A stretch of DNA of 32,000 nt from Nostoc sp. PCC 7120 = FACHB-418 (GTDB taxonomy: Bacteria; Cyanobacteriota; Cyanobacteriia; Cyanobacteriales; Nostocaceae), in contig NC_003272.1 of the NCBI RefSeq assembly GCF_000009705.1, forward strand, positions 330,001 to 362,000, written 5' to 3'. Below, in pieces: positions 9,569 through 18,008 of the stretch. How positions within the stretch are numbered: position 1 is the first letter of the stretch; each line of letters opens with the position of its first letter. Under the pieces are notes generated by a model. That model saw nothing but the letters and a program-made list of their open reading frames with translations. It was not told where the DNA came from and made no database searches. The position numbers were made by a program, and so were the translations under genes.

Positions 9569-10735
9569 ATGTATATTCCTAAATCTATGGATAGAAGGAC
9601 TTTTTTAGTGAGCCTGGGTGGGCTGACTTTATCACAACTACTCGTAGGCTGTACGGGGAATAACCAGACACAACTAAACGTTCAGTTATTAAAAGGTTCT
9701 ATCCCTGGTCAAGTAGTTAATAAATTTCGCCAAAGTCTAAAGCAACAGGCGCAGTTAAAGTTTGCACCAGTTGAACAACTAGAAGAGTTATATAAACGAT
9801 TGGTAAACTGGCAGCATAACCCAAAAGCTCATGATGAGCAAGAATGGACGCGCTTCATCCCATTTAGGCAATCTCAAACTTTTCCCGTGGCTGATTTGGT
9901 GACATTAGGAGATTATTGGTTAACCACAGCAATTGAGAGAAAACTGATTCAAGCCATAGAAACAGAGCAATTAAAGCAATGGTCTGGCTTAGATTCAAGA
10001 TGGCGAGAATTGGTAACGCGTAATGAGCAAGGTGTTCCAGACCCACAAGGAAAAGTTTGGGCTGCGCCTTATCGCTGGGGTAGTACGGTAATTGTTTATG
10101 ATCGTGAGAAGTTTAAAAAATTGGGATGGATACCCCAAGATTGGAGTGATTTGTGGCGTAGTGAATTGCGATCGCGTATTTCTGTACTAGATCAACCAAG
10201 AGAAATTATAGGTTTAGTCTTAAAGAAACTAGGAAAATCATACAACACAGAAAACCTAGCAACAGTTCCAGATTTAGAAAAAGAACTGCAAACCTTCAAC
10301 CAGCAGGTAAAAATCTACAGTTCCAATACCTATTTAGAACCTCTGATTCTTGGAGATACTTGGCTAGCAGTTGGTTGGTCAAGTGATTTAATCCCAGTTT
10401 TGGCACGTTATCCCCAACTTAGCGTTGTGATTCCCCGTTCCGGAACCTCTATCTGGGCAGACTTATGGGTAAGCCCTAAAGAAACCGCTAAGGATGGTCT
10501 ATCATCCCAATGGATTGATTTTTGTTTACAACCCAATATTGCTAGGCAAATTGCTTTACTCACTAAAACTAATTCCCCAGTTGCCACTAATATTGGTACT
10601 GCTGATATTCAGGAATCATTAGGTGGTTTATTCCTAAATAGTCAAGAAGTATTTGCTAAAGGTGAATTTTTGCTTCCCCTATCGCCAGAAGCGACAAAAC
10701 AATATGAAGCTTTGTTTGCCAAAATCAAAGGTTAA
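9569..10735 (+). CDS. Periplasmic solute-binding lipoprotein, PotD/PotF-like (polyamine-type ABC substrate-binding protein)
   Basis: 388-aa ORF. It has a Tat-like and lipobox signal, MDRRTFLVSLGGLTLSQLLVGC, so the likely real start is the second Met at 9587. Family-1 SBP blocks are present (WAAPYRWGSTVIVYD, GTSIWADLWV). No cognate permease or ATPase gene is in the window. Confidence 0.7.
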   Translation: MYIPKSMDRRTFLVSLGGLTLSQLLVGCTGNNQTQLNVQLLKGSIPGQVVNKFRQSLKQQAQLKFAPVEQLEELYKRLVNWQHNPKAHDEQEWTRFIPFRQSQTFPVADLVTLGDYWLTTAIERKLIQAIETEQLKQWSGLDSRWRELVTRNEQGVPDPQGKVWAAPYRWGSTVIVYDREKFKKLGWIPQDWSDLWRSELRSRISVLDQPREIIGLVLKKLGKSYNTENLATVPDLEKELQTFNQQVKIYSSNTYLEPLILGDTWLAVGWSSDLIPVLARYPQLSVVIPRSGTSIWADLWVSPKETAKDGLSSQWIDFCLQPNIARQIALLTKTNSPVATNIGTADIQESLGGLFLNSQEVFAKGEFLLPLSPEATKQYEALFAKIKG

Positions 10736-10756
10736 TTTGTCATTGGTCATTGGTCA
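10736..10756. repeat. STRR2-type heptamer array (TTGGTCA)
   Basis: TTTGTCA TTGGTCA TTGGTCA lies directly after the stop codon at 10733-10735. Confidence 0.7.
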
Positions 10757-10850
10757 TCAGTAAACTTCCCCCACCCTATATTCCCCGCTAAACCACAATT
10801 ATCTGATAATGAACTGAAGAGTGCATACAAGAGATCGACAGAGGTTAACA

Positions 10851-11831
10851 ATGCAAATTCACCAAGAACTATCCCTTCCTGGCATGGGTTGTGGAACTTG
10901 GGCGTGGGGAAACCAATTGCTTTGGGGATATAACGAAAGCATGGACGCGCAATTACAAGCTGTCTTTAACCTCTGTGTAAGTAATGGTGTTACCTTGTTT
11001 GATACGGGAGATTCTTACGGCACGGGAAGATTAAATGGGCGTAGTGAGTTGCTGCTGGGGAAATTTTCTCAAGAATATCAAGGTGTCAATCAAGAAAATA
11101 TTTGTATTGCTACTAAATTGGCGGCTTACCCCTGGCGATGGACACGCCAATCAATGATAAATGCTTGCAAGTCTTCTGCTCAACGCTTGGGTAGAAATGT
11201 TGACTTAGTACAGATGCACTGGTCAACTGCCAATTATGCGCCTTGGCAAGAAGTAGGGCTATTAGATGGTTTAGCGGATTTGTATGAGCAGGGTTTAGTG
11301 AAGGGTGTGGGACTATCTAATTACGGAACAAAAAGACTGCAACGTGTACATCAGAAGTTTGCAGAGCGAGGAGTACCAATTAAGACACTGCAAGTCCAAT
11401 ATTCCTTATTGTCTACCTATCCTGTGACTGAGTTGGGGTTAAAAGACGTTTGTGATGAACTGGGGATTAAGCTGATTGCATACAGCCCTTTAGCTTTGGG
11501 AATATTAACAGGGAAATATTCAGAAAAAGGCCCGTTTCCAAGAGGTGTCCGGGGTTTACTGTTGAGACAGTTGTTGCCAGGAGTGCGATCGCTTCTCCAA
11601 TGTTTACAAGATGTGGCACAATCCAGAAATAAAACCATGTCTCAAGTAGCGCTTAACTGGTGTATTGCTAAAGGAACCATGCCCATCCCTGGTGCAAGGT
11701 CTGTCAAACAAGCCCAGGAGAATATCGGTGCGTTAGGTTGGCAATTAAACTCTGGCGAAATAGCCGAGTTAGATAAAGCGGCTGCTAGTTCTGATAAAAA
11801 AATGGTGCAAAATATTTTTCAGACTAAATAA
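10851..11831 (+). CDS. Aldo/keto reductase
   Basis: The ORF track starts at a GTG at 10821. The ATG at 10851 (MQIHQELSLPGMGCGTWAWG) is the more typical AKR N-terminus. Motifs: FDTGDSYG, ATKL, VQMHW, GLSNYG, IAYSPLALGILTGKY. Confidence 0.85.
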   Translation: MQIHQELSLPGMGCGTWAWGNQLLWGYNESMDAQLQAVFNLCVSNGVTLFDTGDSYGTGRLNGRSELLLGKFSQEYQGVNQENICIATKLAAYPWRWTRQSMINACKSSAQRLGRNVDLVQMHWSTANYAPWQEVGLLDGLADLYEQGLVKGVGLSNYGTKRLQRVHQKFAERGVPIKTLQVQYSLLSTYPVTELGLKDVCDELGIKLIAYSPLALGILTGKYSEKGPFPRGVRGLLLRQLLPGVRSLLQCLQDVAQSRNKTMSQVALNWCIAKGTMPIPGARSVKQAQENIGALGWQLNSGEIAELDKAAASSDKKMVQNIFQTK

Positions 11832-11994
11832 AATTCATCATGATGAACTAAATAAAATTGAATAATATTTAGTACAAAATTACTACAAAAAAGGCGATCG
11901 CCTTCCTCCAGATATTCCCCGCAAATTCCTAGTTTGTTGCTGCCACAATTTGCTAAACTCCAATTCTTGGGGTTCAAATCAAAATAGTTTGAAC

Positions 11995-13242
11995 ATGGCG
12001 AAGTTAGGGGGTTGCGGAGTGGTGCATGATGAAAATGTAGAACAAATTAATCCCAGAGATTGGTCATGGTCTTACTGGTTCACGTTGCCACTGTATCCAT
12101 ACGGTAAGCGGCGGACGCTCCGGCATGAGGTTATTAAAGATACTATCTGGACTTTTGACCAGATGCAGGGTATCTTTTACGTCGTTGTCCCCATTCGGAT
12201 GACTGTAGTCAAACTGGATGAGGGAGGGTTACTAGTATATGCACCTGTCGCGCCTACCCCTGAATGTATCAGATTAGTCAATGAATTGGTAGCCGAATAT
12301 GGGGATGTGAAGTATATCATCCTGCCAACTATTTCGGGACTAGAACATAAGGTATTTGTCGGCCCCTTCGCCAGATATTTTCCCCAAGCACAGGTATTTG
12401 TCGCGCCGAATCAGTGGAGTTTCCCCCTTAATCTTCCCCTCAGTTGGTTGGGTTTACCAAATAAACGCACTCATGTACTCCCAGAAGATAGTAGCCAAAC
12501 TCCCTTTGCTAACGAGTTTGACTATGCAATCTTAGATACAATTGACCTTGGCCCTGGGAAGTTTGCAGAGGTGGTATTTTTGCACAAGCGATCGCATACT
12601 TTACTTGTAACAGATTCAGTTGTTTCTGTACCAGCAGATCCGCCGGCGATCGTCCAATTAGACCCCTATCCCTTACTATTCCACGCCAAAGATAAAGCCT
12701 CGGATATCGTTGTAGACAATCAAGCCAATCGCCGTAAAGGATGGGAACGCATCAGCTTATTTGCTTTGTATTTCCGTCCCAGTGCGGTAGATGTTCCCAA
12801 ATGGTCTGAGGTATGGATTGAAGCACTAAAAGCGCCAGAACGCTCATATAGAGCTTATTTTGGCTTGTTTCCTTTCAAATGGCAAGATGATTGGAGGCGA
12901 TCGTTTGAGGCTTTACGAGGGGATAGGCGTTTATTTGTCGCGCCAGTTCTACAGAAGTTGATTCTTAATCGCGCACCAAAAGAAACTATTAACTGGGCAA
13001 ATAAAGTAGCAAGTTGGGATTTTCAGTGGATTATTCCGTGTCATTTTGATGCACCAATTAAAGCAGAACCCCATCAATTTCGCCAAGCTTTCTCCTTTTT
13101 AGAAAAACAGCCTGCTGTCAGTGCAGGTTTATTTACTAGCAACAGCTATCCTTTACCAGAAAAAGATTTCCAAGTTTTGCAACAAATTGATAATGGTTTA
13201 TCTCAAAGTGGAATTGTCCCGCCACCCAAAGAGCAGGTGTAA
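11995..13242 (+). CDS. DUF4336-like protein
   Basis: The ORF is open from a TTG at 11950, with the first ATG at 11995. Conserved blocks are WSYWFTLPLYPYGKRRT, IWTFDQMQGIFYVVVPIRMTVVKL and VKYIILPTISGLEHK. The DUF4336 name is from memory. Confidence 0.65.
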   Translation: MAKLGGCGVVHDENVEQINPRDWSWSYWFTLPLYPYGKRRTLRHEVIKDTIWTFDQMQGIFYVVVPIRMTVVKLDEGGLLVYAPVAPTPECIRLVNELVAEYGDVKYIILPTISGLEHKVFVGPFARYFPQAQVFVAPNQWSFPLNLPLSWLGLPNKRTHVLPEDSSQTPFANEFDYAILDTIDLGPGKFAEVVFLHKRSHTLLVTDSVVSVPADPPAIVQLDPYPLLFHAKDKASDIVVDNQANRRKGWERISLFALYFRPSAVDVPKWSEVWIEALKAPERSYRAYFGLFPFKWQDDWRRSFEALRGDRRLFVAPVLQKLILNRAPKETINWANKVASWDFQWIIPCHFDAPIKAEPHQFRQAFSFLEKQPAVSAGLFTSNSYPLPEKDFQVLQQIDNGLSQSGIVPPPKEQV

Positions 13243-13396
13243 TACCAATTCAAAATTCAAAATTCAAAATAGCCTACGGCAAGGCTACGCCAACAAAATT
13301 AAGAATCAAGACAGGACAAGCTTTTGGGGCTGTATATCTGTCGCATTCTTTTTTTAAATTGGTGTAACTCATACATCAACTACAATATTTGACTTA

Positions 13397-13531
13397 GGGA
13401 ACGCCAAAAAGTAAATTATCCGAAATTGATGCTTTAGTAGGGTGCGTCAGTATGAATAATTTCTGAGTATAGTTAGGTTCTATCGCACTGACGCATTCTA
13501 CATTGTGGACATTTTTTTATTTGGAAGTCTC
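13397..13531 (+). mobile_element. MITE-like dispersed element, intact copy (about 135 bp)
   Basis: Imperfect terminal inverted repeats: GGGAACGCCAAAAAGTAAA at the left end and the reverse complement GAGACTTCCAAATAAAAAA at the right end. An internal hairpin pairs GTGCGTCAGT with ACTGACGCA. It is flanked by TTA on the left and TAA on the right. A second copy at 18249-18291 plus 19762-19854 aligns along its full length. Confidence 0.7.
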
Positions 13532-13688
13532 TAATTCATAGCGAATTAACTAGACTAACACCCTGCGTTCCTCCGCGTTTACTTAGTCTTCCTCTGCGTT
13601 TAAAAAATTTACACATTGACATAAAGCAAATCTAAAAGCAATAAATATTAATTATTTAAGTCAATGACTACTGAATAGTCTTATTTTA

Positions 13689-13702
13689 TACTTTATAAAG
13701 TA
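13689..13702. promoter_or_regulatory. Perfect 14-bp AT-rich palindrome overlapping -10-like hexamers upstream of the AIM24-like gene
   Basis: TACTTTATAAAGTA ends 33 nt upstream of the ATG at 13736. TATAAA and TATAGT hexamers overlap or follow it, and a TTGACA lies at 13616-13621. Chance occurrence in AT-rich DNA is plausible. Confidence 0.2.
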
Positions 13703-13735
13703 TAGTTAAATATCCGACTCCATAAGAATAAATTT

Positions 13736-14464
13736 ATGCAATACGAAGTCAAAATTATAGAACCGACAGATTTGTGGTACTTACAAAATAACATTAATAA
13801 AGACACAAACAAATATTATCACCCTACTAAAAATATCCCTTTTGTTCAGCAAGTTGAAATAAAAATCGAAAACTCTGGGGTTGTCATTCAAAAAGGTGCT
13901 TTGCATAGATGTTTAGGTAAATTAACTCATGGTGTTTATAAAACCGATAATCGATTAAAAGATGTTTGGGTAGCTTTAATGACGGAGATAGATTACAACG
14001 CCCCTGTTTATAAAGGTAGTGGTAACGTCTATCTTGAACCTAGAGGCAAAGGTCAATTTTTACATTACACAGATATTGAAATATCAGAGCAAGAACAATG
14101 GGAATTTGATGATGGGATCTTCCAATTTTGTTCTGATAATGTAATTTTAGGCACTAAAAAACTGAAATTTCGCCAGATGTCTGGTTCCAGTGATGGTAGA
14201 TGGAGAATTGCCATTAAAGCCTTAGCCGGGCAAACAGCTAAAGTTGTCACAGGTACAAATACGCCTGCTAGGATTATTGAAATTCATAGAGGTGAAACCG
14301 TCATTGCTGACTATGATTTGGTGAAAGGATTTACTAATGGAATTCAAGAAGATTACAGAAAATTAGGACACTTTGGTAAAGGTGGCGGAGAAGGTTTTGT
14401 TTGGATGTATGAAGGTCAAGGTAAGTTATTAATATCGGAAACCGACGGTATGGGATTAGGTTAA
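13736..14464 (+). CDS. AIM24/DUF124-like beta-sandwich protein; first gene of the candidate conflict module
   Basis: 242-aa ORF with an ATG start, noticeably AT-rich (about one-third GC by eye). The block order follows the AIM24 pattern as I recall it: VVIQKGALHRCLGKL; YKGSGNVYLEP; WEFDDGIFQFCSDNVILG; RGETVIADYDLVKGF; GGGEGFVWMYEGQGKLLIS. Not verified by search. Confidence 0.55.
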   Translation: MQYEVKIIEPTDLWYLQNNINKDTNKYYHPTKNIPFVQQVEIKIENSGVVIQKGALHRCLGKLTHGVYKTDNRLKDVWVALMTEIDYNAPVYKGSGNVYLEPRGKGQFLHYTDIEISEQEQWEFDDGIFQFCSDNVILGTKKLKFRQMSGSSDGRWRIAIKALAGQTAKVVTGTNTPARIIEIHRGETVIADYDLVKGFTNGIQEDYRKLGHFGKGGGEGFVWMYEGQGKLLISETDGMGLG

Positions 14465-14598
14465 ATGATTTGATTATTTGATAGTCTCTTAGTTCTAATT
14501 GCTTTTTTTACTATTTATTGAAATCTCTTCACGCCAGTATTGAAAATACTGGTATCGTCTGCTATGATTTCCAAAAATATAGTAAAAAATATTACACA

Positions 14599-14943
14599 AT
14601 GGATAATCAAGATTCCCTCATCGATGAGCCAGTGATCATTGTAGAATTTGCTCCTAGTGCTGGGATGAGGTCAGTTAGCTTGACTCCAGCAGATATCGCC
14701 AAAGAATCGGCGAAAGCATTGGATAAAGCCATGCTGACTATCCGGCAAATGGCACAAAAGACAATGGCAACAATCGATACATTATCTAACAAGCCCTCAG
14801 AAGTGGAATTAGAATTTGGCATCAAATTAAATACTGAAGCAGGTGCAATTATTGCCAAAACTTCGGGAGAAGCCAGCCTCAAGGTAAAGTTACTCTGGGA
14901 GCGCAAAGATTCCAATAATGAGCCAGATTCAAAATCTGCGTAA
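14599..14943 (+). CDS. Trypco2-like (trypsin co-occurring domain 2; CU044_2847-type) small protein
   Basis: The ORF is open from a TTG at 14518, with the first ATG at 14599 (MDNQDSL...). The C-terminal signature PSEVELEFGIKLNTEAGAIIAKTSGEASLKVKLLWERK matches the EFG-K-(S/T)-AEAGA-IAK...-V-L-W core of Trypco2 proteins. The stop at 14941-14943 lies 26 nt inside the next gene. Confidence 0.75.
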   Translation: MDNQDSLIDEPVIIVEFAPSAGMRSVSLTPADIAKESAKALDKAMLTIRQMAQKTMATIDTLSNKPSEVELEFGIKLNTEAGAIIAKTSGEASLKVKLLWERKDSNNEPDSKSA

Positions 14944-17893
14944 CTTTACCGTGCAGATTCGTGATGTCAACAATGTGATTGTTGGCACCGGTTTTGTAGT
15001 TTCCCCTACAGGAAAAATCGTCACCTGTTGTCATGTGGTGCGGGATGCAGGGGGACAAGTTGCTGAGGGAGTAGAAATTAATGTCTACTTCCCGAAAGCG
15101 ATAAAGCCAGAACAGAAAGCACATACAGCTAAAGTTACAGCTTGTTTTTTAGACCATGATGATGATGTGGTTGTGTTGCAACTGGACACGACTACACTCC
15201 CAGATGGGATAGAACCTGCAATTATGGGGATGGCTGAAGGTTCAGCAGGTCACAAATTTCGGAGTTTTGGCTACCGCCGACTACAAAATTACCAAGGACT
15301 ACCAGCTCATGGTGAAATAGTAGACTTTGCCGAATCACCAGAGACGCTGATTTTGCATAGCGACCCTGTAATGTTGAATAGCCAGCATATCGACAGTGGT
15401 ATGAGTGGTTCCGCCGTTCTGGATATCGAACGCAACTTAGTAGTGGGTGTAATTGCGGAAACTTGGGACTCTGGGGAAAGTGAAAAAGACCGGGACACAA
15501 GTTTTGCAGTTGATTGTCGAGTCCTCACTTTTGACCCCATGTGTTTACCATTAGCAGATGCACCACCTACACCCCAGCCTACAATTAACTCAAACCCTAC
15601 AGGAGAGCAACCAGTGTCTCAACCAGGGATAATCTCGAACCTGAATAATGCACCAGCACCTTTAGAAGAATGGGTGGGTAGAGTAGATTTTCTCAAAACA
15701 CTAAATCAGGATTGGGTTGACTCTAATTGCTCAATTGTGGGACTTATTGGTTTTGGAGGGGAAGGTAAAAGTTCCCTCACTCGTCGCTGGCTGGAAGATT
15801 TGCTACACGACTCATCTTTACCTCAACCTACTGGCGTGTTTTGGTGGGGTTTTTATGAAAAAGCTAGTGCAGATGAATTTTTTGAGGCGGCGCTAAGGTT
15901 TCTTAATAACAAAATTGACCCCCGTATATTGACCTCAACTACTATTAAAGTCCAAGTGATATTGGCAATGCTCAACAGTGGTCGCTATCTCTTTATCTTG
16001 GATGGATTGGAAGTGCTGCAACAGCAAGAAGGAGATAATTACGGCGAGTTAACTAGCGTAGACTTGCGGGAGTTTTTACGAGAGTTTGCGGCTGGGAGAC
16101 ATGAATCATTTTGTTTAATTAACAGCCGTGCGCCACTGGTAGACTTAATTGATTTCACCACCTACACCCATCGAGATGTAGACCGGCTAACAGTCTATGA
16201 GGGAAGAGAATTACTAAAAAAATTTGGAGTCAAAGGTACACATGATCAGTTAAACCGAGTGGTGCAGCAGTGGGATGGTTATGCCTTGGTTTTGAGTCTG
16301 TTAGGGTCTTATCTAGTAGATAATTATGGAGGCAAAATTGAACATATCGTCGGAATTCCAGCACCAACGGCTGATGAACCTCGATATGAGCGAGTGCGGC
16401 GAGTGTTGCGACGCTATGACGAAAATCTAACACTAGCAGAAAAGGAATTAATGAAGTGGTTTAGTGCCTTTCGTCTACCAGTACCAGAATCAGCATTACA
16501 GCAGATATTTCCACAATTTGGCGCTAGTTTGTCAACTTTCACCCCATCAGAACATATATCGTCATTAAATAGCGACTCCTTGCTGACAATGGTGCAGCGA
16601 TTGGTAAACTATCGGATTTTGCGACACAATCAGCAAGAATATTACTACACTATTCATCCCCTCATCCGCGCTCACTATTTGGCAATACTGCACAATGATC
16701 GTGAGGAAGCAGTGGTAGTTCATCAACAAATTGCAGATTACTATCTTGAAACGGCTGGGGAAACACCAGAAAACCCAACCTTGGATGATTTAGCACCACT
16801 GATTGAAGCTGTGCATCACCTCTGCCAAGGACAAAATTATGATGAAGCGATTAGCTTATTTTGGAAGCGCATTTACCAAGATGATCACTCTATAATTACC
16901 CACAAACTTGGAGCATACGAAACTAACTTAACCTTAATACAAGAGTTTTTTCCCAAAGGCGATACATCCCAAGAACCACAGGTGAGTAACTATAACCATA
17001 AACGTTTCATCCTCAACGCAGTTGGTTTATCTTTGATGTATGTGGGACGTATCGAGAAAGCTCCAACTTTTTATGAGCGTGCTAATGCGATTGCTCTTAA
17101 CAGACAAGACTGGGAAAACGCCAGTGCTGGCTATCAAAATCTAGCAGAGCAACACATATATCTCGGCAACCTTTCAGCTAGTACTGATGCTGCCAAAGAA
17201 GCATTAAATCTTGCTCATCGCTCTCCAAATAAGAGACATGAGTGTAATTCATTGGCTCTTAAAGGGTGGGCTGTAAACTTGCAGGGTGATAATAAGACAG
17301 CAGATAAAGCCTTTCTACAAGCAGAGGCATTGGAACAAAAAATTGACTCAAGTGAGCTTTATCTATACGGCTTAAGGGGTATCTGGCACGCTGATTACCT
17401 ACTGCGAGTAGGAAGTAGAAACGATGCACGACAGATGACAGAGGCAAACCTAGAGAGTTGTCAACGCAATAACTGGGTTAATAGTATCAGCAGATGTCAC
17501 CGTGTGTTGGGCGACCTAGATGCAGATGCTGGACAAAACGAAAATGCCCGCGAACACTATAACGAAGCCCTCAAGATTGCTCGTAGCATTTCTCATCGAC
17601 CCGTCCTGATTGAAGCGCTACTAGCGCGGGGACGCTGGGCAGCGCGACGGGGTGAAGTTGCGGCGGCGCGTGGTGATTTAGAAGAAGCGCTGAATTATGC
17701 CTGTACTGGTGGTTATCGCATTTATGAAGCAGATATCCGGGTTGCTTTGGGGTGGATGCACCTGGCAAACCACAATTACTCAGCAGCGACGGCGGAGGCA
17801 AAAAAGGCGCGTTTAATGAGTGATGAGATGGGCTATTATTGGGGTCGCGTTGATGCTGATGAAGTTTTGCAAGCTTTAAAACAGAATTTCTAA
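14918..17893 (+). CDS. Trypsin-like serine peptidase / NB-ARC-type STAND NTPase / TPR fusion protein (Avs-like)
   Basis: 991-aa ORF.
- Peptidase (aa ~20-205): His39 in TCCHVV (15032-15034), Asp81-83 in DDDVVVLQL, Ser163 in DSGMSGSAV (15404-15406).
- P-rich linker at aa 210-250.
- NTPase: Walker A GFGGEGKSS (K284 at 15767-15769), Walker B LFILDGLE, sensor-like FCLINSR, GxP-like DGYALVLSLLGSYL.
- TPR-like repeats at aa ~640-985 (e.g. NARENYNEALKIA-type helices). Confidence 0.85.
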   Translation: MSQIQNLRNFTVQIRDVNNVIVGTGFVVSPTGKIVTCCHVVRDAGGQVAEGVEINVYFPKAIKPEQKAHTAKVTACFLDHDDDVVVLQLDTTTLPDGIEPAIMGMAEGSAGHKFRSFGYRRLQNYQGLPAHGEIVDFAESPETLILHSDPVMLNSQHIDSGMSGSAVLDIERNLVVGVIAETWDSGESEKDRDTSFAVDCRVLTFDPMCLPLADAPPTPQPTINSNPTGEQPVSQPGIISNLNNAPAPLEEWVGRVDFLKTLNQDWVDSNCSIVGLIGFGGEGKSSLTRRWLEDLLHDSSLPQPTGVFWWGFYEKASADEFFEAALRFLNNKIDPRILTSTTIKVQVILAMLNSGRYLFILDGLEVLQQQEGDNYGELTSVDLREFLREFAAGRHESFCLINSRAPLVDLIDFTTYTHRDVDRLTVYEGRELLKKFGVKGTHDQLNRVVQQWDGYALVLSLLGSYLVDNYGGKIEHIVGIPAPTADEPRYERVRRVLRRYDENLTLAEKELMKWFSAFRLPVPESALQQIFPQFGASLSTFTPSEHISSLNSDSLLTMVQRLVNYRILRHNQQEYYYTIHPLIRAHYLAILHNDREEAVVVHQQIADYYLETAGETPENPTLDDLAPLIEAVHHLCQGQNYDEAISLFWKRIYQDDHSIITHKLGAYETNLTLIQEFFPKGDTSQEPQVSNYNHKRFILNAVGLSLMYVGRIEKAPTFYERANAIALNRQDWENASAGYQNLAEQHIYLGNLSASTDAAKEALNLAHRSPNKRHECNSLALKGWAVNLQGDNKTADKAFLQAEALEQKIDSSELYLYGLRGIWHADYLLRVGSRNDARQMTEANLESCQRNNWVNSISRCHRVLGDLDADAGQNENAREHYNEALKIARSISHRPVLIEALLARGRWAARRGEVAAARGDLEEALNYACTGGYRIYEADIRVALGWMHLANHNYSAATAEAKKARLMSDEMGYYWGRVDADEVLQALKQNF

Positions 17894-18008
17894 ATTTTGT
17901 TCTGACTTATTTACGAGCAATAGGGTTCGGTTGGTGTGAGTTTGATAGATTTGGAAGAACCCCTCTCCAAACCTCTCCCCGACGCGGGGATAGGCTTAAA
18001 ACCTTAAC

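Noticed and set aside
13121-13357. 78-aa plus-strand ORF overlapping the end of the DUF4336-like gene
   Set aside because: It is an out-of-frame overlap with a supported gene and runs through the CAAAATT heptamer repeats and a small hairpin after the stop codon.
14607-15540. Minus-strand ORFs (102, 81, 92 and 77 aa) inside the Trypco2 and STAND genes
   Set aside because: They are antisense shadows of strongly supported plus-strand coding sequence.
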